This document shows, one piece after another, positions 44,621 through 48,841 of a stretch of DNA of 48,841 nt. The stretch spans positions 1 through 48,841 of the forward strand of contig JBKJUK010000213.1 of the NCBI GenBank assembly GCA_046590705.1, read 5' to 3'. This stretch comes from Thermoanaerobaculia bacterium. GTDB taxonomy: Bacteria; Acidobacteriota; Thermoanaerobaculia; Gp7-AA8. Position 1 is the first letter of the stretch. Each line of letters starts with the position of its first letter. A program made the position numbers and the translations under genes. The notes under the pieces were generated by a model that was not told the origin of the DNA, did not search any database, and saw nothing but the letters and a program-made list of their open reading frames with translations.

Positions 44621-45529
44621 TTGAAGAGTGAGATTGGCGATTTTCTGGATTACCTCTCCTACGAGCGGAACGTTTCGCACAACACCATTGCCGCGTATCG
44701 TGACGATCTCGAATCGTTCGTGCAGTTCCTCTGCAACGACTACCTCACGCTCGAGCGCGATCTGCTCGATCTCCAGACCGTCGACCATCTCTCGATCCGC
44801 GCCTACCTGGGCAGTCTTTCCCGTAGAAAACTAAGTCGCGCGTCGATGGCCAGACACCTCTCGGCGCTGCGAACCTTTTTCAGGTTCCTGCTTCGTGAGG
44901 GCGTAGTGAAAATGAATCCCGCTCGCGCAGTGGCCACACCGAAACGGGAGAAGTACCTGCCTGAAGTTCTGCAGTCAGCGGAGGTCACATTGCTGCTGGA
45001 GCAGCCGGACCTCGAGCGGCCGCTGGGCGTCCGCGACCAGGCCTGGCTCGAACTGCTGTACGCCTCCGGACTTCGTGTGGGCGAACTGGTAGGGATCGAC
45101 CTGGACGATCTCGAACTTCGCGGGAAACTTGTGAAAGTGCACGGCAAAGGAAGTAAGGAGCGGATTGTCCCTTTCGGTAAGAAGGCCGCAGCCGCGATTA
45201 CCGCCTACCTCGAGGTCCGCAAAAATCTGGCGAAGGAGAGCGAGTCAGAAGAGAATCCGCTCTGGCTGAATCACCGAGGGGAGCGCATTACCGCCAGAAG
45301 CATCAGAAGGCTGCTCGACGGTTATGTTCGTGACGCGTCACTGCGTGCCGGGATCTCGCCGCATACGTTGCGTCATTCCTTCGCCACCCATCTGTTGAAC
45401 GCAGGAGCAGACCTGCGCGCCATCCAGGAGCTCCTCGGACACGTCTCGCTATCCACGACCCAGAAGTACACCCACCTCAACGACTGGAAGCTGATCGAGA
45501 TCTACAAGAAGGCGCATCCGCGAGCCTGA
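44621..45529 (+). CDS. xerC: Tyrosine recombinase XerC/XerD family
   Basis: N-terminal SAM-like FLDYLSYERNVSHNTIAAYRDDL. Catalytic RHRY context: GLRVGEL, HTLRHSFATHLL, LGHVSLSTTQKYTH. TTG start. Confidence 0.85.
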   Translation: MKSEIGDFLDYLSYERNVSHNTIAAYRDDLESFVQFLCNDYLTLERDLLDLQTVDHLSIRAYLGSLSRRKLSRASMARHLSALRTFFRFLLREGVVKMNPARAVATPKREKYLPEVLQSAEVTLLLEQPDLERPLGVRDQAWLELLYASGLRVGELVGIDLDDLELRGKLVKVHGKGSKERIVPFGKKAAAAITAYLEVRKNLAKESESEENPLWLNHRGERITARSIRRLLDGYVRDASLRAGISPHTLRHSFATHLLNAGADLRAIQELLGHVSLSTTQKYTHLNDWKLIEIYKKAHPRA

Positions 45530-45531
45530 AG

Positions 45532-45544
45532 CTGTGCTCCACAC
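45532..45544 (-). repeat. REP-like family A, half copy
   Basis: CTGTGCTCCACAC, starting 3 nt after the xerC stop. Confidence 0.5.
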
Positions 45545-45654
45545 ACCGCGTCCCGTGACGGTACTGTCCTAACTCCATAGGTGCGTCCTTCTTTCACTAA
45601 TTGACCGGCTCACCGCCCCGTGCTACGTTACCGCTCCCTTCGGAGGTTTCCCTG

Positions 45655-46773
45655 ATGGCATCTGAATCACACGCGAATGCTCCGCTGAAACAGACCCCCC
45701 TGAACGCGCTCGAGCGGGAGCTTGGCGGGAAGATGGTCGACTTCGGCGGATGGGACCTGCCGGTGCAGTTTTCGGGGATTCTCGATGAGCACGAGGCCGT
45801 GCGAAATCGCGCCGGACTCTTCGACGTCTCCCATATGGGCGAGATCACGGTCAAAGGTCCGCAGGCTCTCGAGTTTCTGCAGCGCACCACCTGCAACGAC
45901 GTGGCGAAACTCGAGGACGGACGCTGTCATTACAACGGACTCCTGTATCCGAGCGCCGGCTTCGTCGACGACATCCTCATCTACCGGATCAGCTCCGATG
46001 ATTACTTCGTTGTCGTGAATGCCTCCAACACTGAGAAGGATTACGACTGGTTTGCAGATTCAGCGAAGGACTTCGATGTGGAAGTGCGCAACGTCAGCGC
46101 GGACTACGCGCAGCTGGCCATCCAGGGTCCCGCAGCGCAGATGATCCTTTCCCCGCTCACCGACGTAGCCCTTGGCGAAATGAAGTACTACCGTTTTGCG
46201 CAGGGTCAGGTGAATGGTGTGCCGGCCATCGTTTCCCGCACCGGATACACCGGCGAAGATGGTTTCGAGATCTACGTCGCCCCCTCGCAGGCAACTTCGA
46301 TCGCGCGGGCCGTTCTCGAAGCCGGTAAGCCACACGGTCTGGTTCCATGCGGCCTGGGCGCGCGCGACACACTCCGGCTCGAGTCGAAGATGGCCCTCTA
46401 CGGAAACGACATCGACCACACCACCACTCCCCTCGAAGCTGACCTCGGGTGGATCGTAAAACTCGACAAAGGTGAGTTTCATGGACGGGAAGTTCTGCTG
46501 CGCGAGAAGAGCGAAGGCCCGTCGCGGAAGCTGGTCGGGTTCGAAATGATCGAGCGAGGAATCGGACGACACGGTTATCCGGTTGTCGAAGCCGGTCGCG
46601 AGATTGGAATCGTCACCAGCGGTACACACTCCCCGACATTGAAAAAAGCGATCGGCCTTGCGTATCTACCCGCAGAGAAGACCGCGATCGGCACGGAGTT
46701 CTCAATCCTGATTCGGGGGAAGGAAGTCAAAGCCCGCGTCGTGCCTACCCCTTTCTATAAACGAGCAAAATAA
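45655..46773 (+). CDS. gcvT: Glycine cleavage system aminomethyltransferase (T protein)
   Basis: KQTPLNALERELGGKMVDFGGWDLPVQF and AGLFDVSHMGEI. GGAGG at 45642-45646 precedes ATG 45655. Confidence 0.95.
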   Translation: MASESHANAPLKQTPLNALERELGGKMVDFGGWDLPVQFSGILDEHEAVRNRAGLFDVSHMGEITVKGPQALEFLQRTTCNDVAKLEDGRCHYNGLLYPSAGFVDDILIYRISSDDYFVVVNASNTEKDYDWFADSAKDFDVEVRNVSADYAQLAIQGPAAQMILSPLTDVALGEMKYYRFAQGQVNGVPAIVSRTGYTGEDGFEIYVAPSQATSIARAVLEAGKPHGLVPCGLGARDTLRLESKMALYGNDIDHTTTPLEADLGWIVKLDKGEFHGREVLLREKSEGPSRKLVGFEMIERGIGRHGYPVVEAGREIGIVTSGTHSPTLKKAIGLAYLPAEKTAIGTEFSILIRGKEVKARVVPTPFYKRAK

Positions 46774-46790
46774 TCTTTCTGGAGCGAAGC

Positions 46791-47186
46791 ATGTCGACAA
46801 CTGCACCTTTGGATAATCACTACGCGAAGAGTCATGAATACCTCCATATCGATGGAGAGATCGGTACGATCGGCATCAGTGAATACGCCCAGAAGGAACT
46901 CGGGGACGTAGTGTTCGTAGAGTTGCCGCAGGTCGGCACTCAGTTCGAACTCGGCGATGAACTCGGAAGCATCGAGTCGGTCAAGGCGGTATCAGAGCTT
47001 TTCTGCCCGGTCTCAGGCGAAGTAGTCGAAGTGAACGAATTGCTCGCCGACAAGCCAGCGCTGGTGAATGATGATCCATACGGCGATGGCTGGATGATCC
47101 GAATCAAGCTTTCTGATCCTACCGAAGCCGACGAGTTGATGAGCGCGGAAGAGTACGAAGAGTACGTGGAAAAAGAATCCGCCTGA
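46791..47186 (+). CDS. gcvH: Glycine cleavage system H protein
   Basis: Lipoyl-lysine context GSIESVKAVSELFCPVSGEV and DPYGDGWMIRI. Confidence 0.95.
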   Translation: MSTTAPLDNHYAKSHEYLHIDGEIGTIGISEYAQKELGDVVFVELPQVGTQFELGDELGSIESVKAVSELFCPVSGEVVEVNELLADKPALVNDDPYGDGWMIRIKLSDPTEADELMSAEEYEEYVEKESA

Positions 47187-47235
47187 GTCGTCGTCAGTAG
47201 CCCTGCAGTCCGGCAGTTCACACAGGAGAACCGTA

Positions 47236-48606
47236 GTGGATACCCCTTCGATGCGTTACATCCCCAACGCCGATCAGGATGTTCGGGAAATGCTCGGCGT
47301 CATTGGCGTCGACAGCGTTGATCGCCTTTTCGACACGATTCCCAAAGACGTCCAGCTCAAGGAACTCCTCGACATACCTGGACCATGGTCAGAGATCGAA
47401 GTGCGCCGCTGGTTCAACGAGACCGCGGCCAAAAACGCCACCGTCCGCGATCACCTCTCTTTTCTCGGAGCGGGCGTCTACGCGCACTATCAGCCGGCCT
47501 GCGTCGATCAGCTCATTCTGCGCGCTGAGTTCCTGACGGCCTACACGCCGTACCAACCCGAGGTCTCGCAGGGAACGTTGCAGGCCATCTTCGAGTATCA
47601 GACACATCAGAGCATGCTCACGGGCCTGGACGTTGCCAACGCTTCCCTCTACGACGGATCGACGGCATTCGTGGAAGGCGTGCTGCTGGCCGAGCGTGTT
47701 TCGAAGAATCGAAACAAAGTGGTCGTCGCGAAAACGATTCACCCGCAGTACGTGGAGACTCTGCGCACCTACATTCAGAATCTAGGAATCGAGATCGTGG
47801 AAGTCGGTTTCGGCCAGGACGGAAGGATCGATCTGGACGAGCTTCGTGCGGCCTGCGATGAGTCAGTTTTCGCCGTCGCTGTGCAATCGCCGAATTTCCT
47901 CGGCGTTCTCGAGGATTACGACGCCGTTGCTGCAATCGCTGACGGCGTGAAGGCATCGAAAATCGCCGTCATCGCCGAGGCCAGTTCGCTGGGCATTGTG
48001 AGCCCTCCGGGCGCGCACGGCTTCGACATGGCCGTTGGTGAAGGACAGGCCTGGGGACTTCCGCCGCAGTTCGGTGGTCCCTTCGTCGGCTTTATGGTCG
48101 TTCGCGACGCGCTGAAGCGGCACATGCCGGGACGCCTGGTCGGCCAAACGGTCGACGTCGATGGTAAACGGGCCTGGGTTCTCACTCTCGCGACGCGCGA
48201 GCAACATATTCGAAGAGGCAAGGCTACCTCCAACATCTGCACGAACCAGGCGCTGTTCGCTCTCGCTGCAAACATGTATCTGAGTCTTCTCGGCAAGCAT
48301 GGTCTCCGCGAAGTTGCCACGCAGTGCCTGAAGAAGACCTCCTATCTGCGCACCAAACTCCGGGCCATTCCATCGCTCGAACTTCCATTTTCAGGTCCGG
48401 TCTACAACGAGTTCGCAGTACGCACGCCGCGGCCTGCGTCAGAAGTACTGGCCGAGTTGGCCGAGCGACGTATTCTCGGCGGAGTCGCGCTGGGTAAGTT
48501 CTTCGCGGACCGGCCCAACGAGTTTCTGGTGGCCGTGACCGAGTTGCATACGCGGGAGCAACTCGATCGATTCGCTACAGAACTCAGAGAGGTTATCGCA
48601 CGATGA
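47236..48606 (+). CDS. gcvPA: Glycine dehydrogenase (decarboxylating) subunit 1
   Basis: MRYIPNADQDVREML..., FLGAGVYAHY, TAYTPYQPEVSQG. GTG 47236 has AGGAGA 6 nt upstream; ATG 47251 is an alternative start. Confidence 0.95.
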   Translation: MDTPSMRYIPNADQDVREMLGVIGVDSVDRLFDTIPKDVQLKELLDIPGPWSEIEVRRWFNETAAKNATVRDHLSFLGAGVYAHYQPACVDQLILRAEFLTAYTPYQPEVSQGTLQAIFEYQTHQSMLTGLDVANASLYDGSTAFVEGVLLAERVSKNRNKVVVAKTIHPQYVETLRTYIQNLGIEIVEVGFGQDGRIDLDELRAACDESVFAVAVQSPNFLGVLEDYDAVAAIADGVKASKIAVIAEASSLGIVSPPGAHGFDMAVGEGQAWGLPPQFGGPFVGFMVVRDALKRHMPGRLVGQTVDVDGKRAWVLTLATREQHIRRGKATSNICTNQALFALAANMYLSLLGKHGLREVATQCLKKTSYLRTKLRAIPSLELPFSGPVYNEFAVRTPRPASEVLAELAERRILGGVALGKFFADRPNEFLVAVTELHTREQLDRFATELREVIAR

Positions 48607-48841
48607 GCGCAGAAACGGAAAAGGCCGGAGTCGAAAGACAGGCCGACGGATTCGGCAAGGCCAACCAGAGAAGCGGAGTAATTTTCGAGCACAGTCGGGA
48701 AGGACGTCGCGGTTACATGCTTCCCGAACTCGATGTGCCTGACGTGGAACTCGAGACGCTGCTCCCGGGCTCGCTGAAACGCGACGAGATCGAAGGGGAA
48801 TGCGAAGTCTCCGAGGTTGATGTGATCCGGCATTTCACGCG
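48603..48841 (+). CDS. gcvPB: Glycine dehydrogenase (decarboxylating) subunit 2, 5' partial (runs off the window)
   Basis: ATGA overlap with the gcvPA stop. My hand translation gives VIFEHSREGRRGYMLPELDVP...EVSEVDVIRHFT, typical of the GcvPB N-terminus. It is absent from the ORF track because there is no stop in the window. Confidence 0.85.
   Translation, partial: MSAETEKAGVERQADGFGKANQRSGVIFEHSREGRRGYMLPELDVPDVELETLLPGSLKRDEIEGECEVSEVDVIRHFT

Noticed and set aside
44621-45529. The tyrosine recombinase as a marker of an integrated mobile element.
   Set aside because: The sequence and size fit a housekeeping XerC/XerD. No phage or ICE genes, att-like direct repeats or compositional shift surround it. 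The neighbouring repeats belong to genome-wide-looking REP families.
45530-45654. Possible glycine riboswitch upstream of gcvT.
   Set aside because: The spacer is only 125 nt. I could not find the conserved aptamer elements (GGAGAG ... CACCGAAGGGGCAA ... CUCUGGAGAG-type cores). A covariance-model scan would be needed to exclude it formally.

Overview
This is a 48.8-kb chromosomal window from a GC-rich bacterium with a Gram-negative-type envelope (lipoboxes, SecDF/YajC, LolA-like genes). My guess of an Acidobacteriota-like soil organism is unverified. I call 40 CDS (one partial at the 3' edge), one tRNA-Pro(GGG), several hairpin terminators, four CRP/FNR-like boxes and four families of short intergenic repeats. 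I saw no rRNA, CRISPR array, transposase or prophage genes.

Backbone genes:
- trmFO, pdxH, tgt-yajC-secD-secF, maeB, mnmA, glmS and a xerC-like recombinase.
- gcvT-gcvH-gcvPA-gcvPB.
- A Nudix hydrolase, a nitronate-monooxygenase-like enzyme and an M23 peptidase.

Accessory or unusual content:
1. A compact Sec/lipoprotein-type (clade II-like) N2O-reductase cluster, nosZ-nosL-nosD-nosF-nosY-cytochrome c. It has no nosR or nosX. NosD carries an in-frame N-terminal 4-TM NosB-like domain. CRP/FNR-like boxes lie upstream of nosZ and of the Crp/Fnr regulator gene that follows the cluster.
2. Downstream of that regulator lie a translationally coupled Cys/His-rich small ORF, an orphan cNMP-binding-domain gene, about 1 kb with no credible gene, a secreted DUF3494 (ice-binding-like) protein, and tRNA-Pro flanked by gene-free DNA.
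3. A signalling block: a 1104-aa REC-PAS-HK-REC hybrid kinase, a degenerate receiver and an NtrC-type enhancer-binding protein.
4. A receiver domain fused N-terminally to an ECF sigma factor, lying downstream of a GHMP-kinase with a roughly 300-aa uncharacterised C-terminal module.
5. A 623-aa orphan protein with no motif I can recognise.
6. A 175-bp nested perfect palindrome between secF and maeB, plus a mosaic of REP-like repeats at gene 3' ends.

Nothing here is demonstrably a new system from sequence alone. The best candidates for follow-up are the NosB-NosD fusion with its regulator and Cys-rich ORF module, the GHMP-kinase fusion with the REC-ECF sigma, and the palindromic element. All homology statements rest on motif recognition by eye, because no searches could be run.
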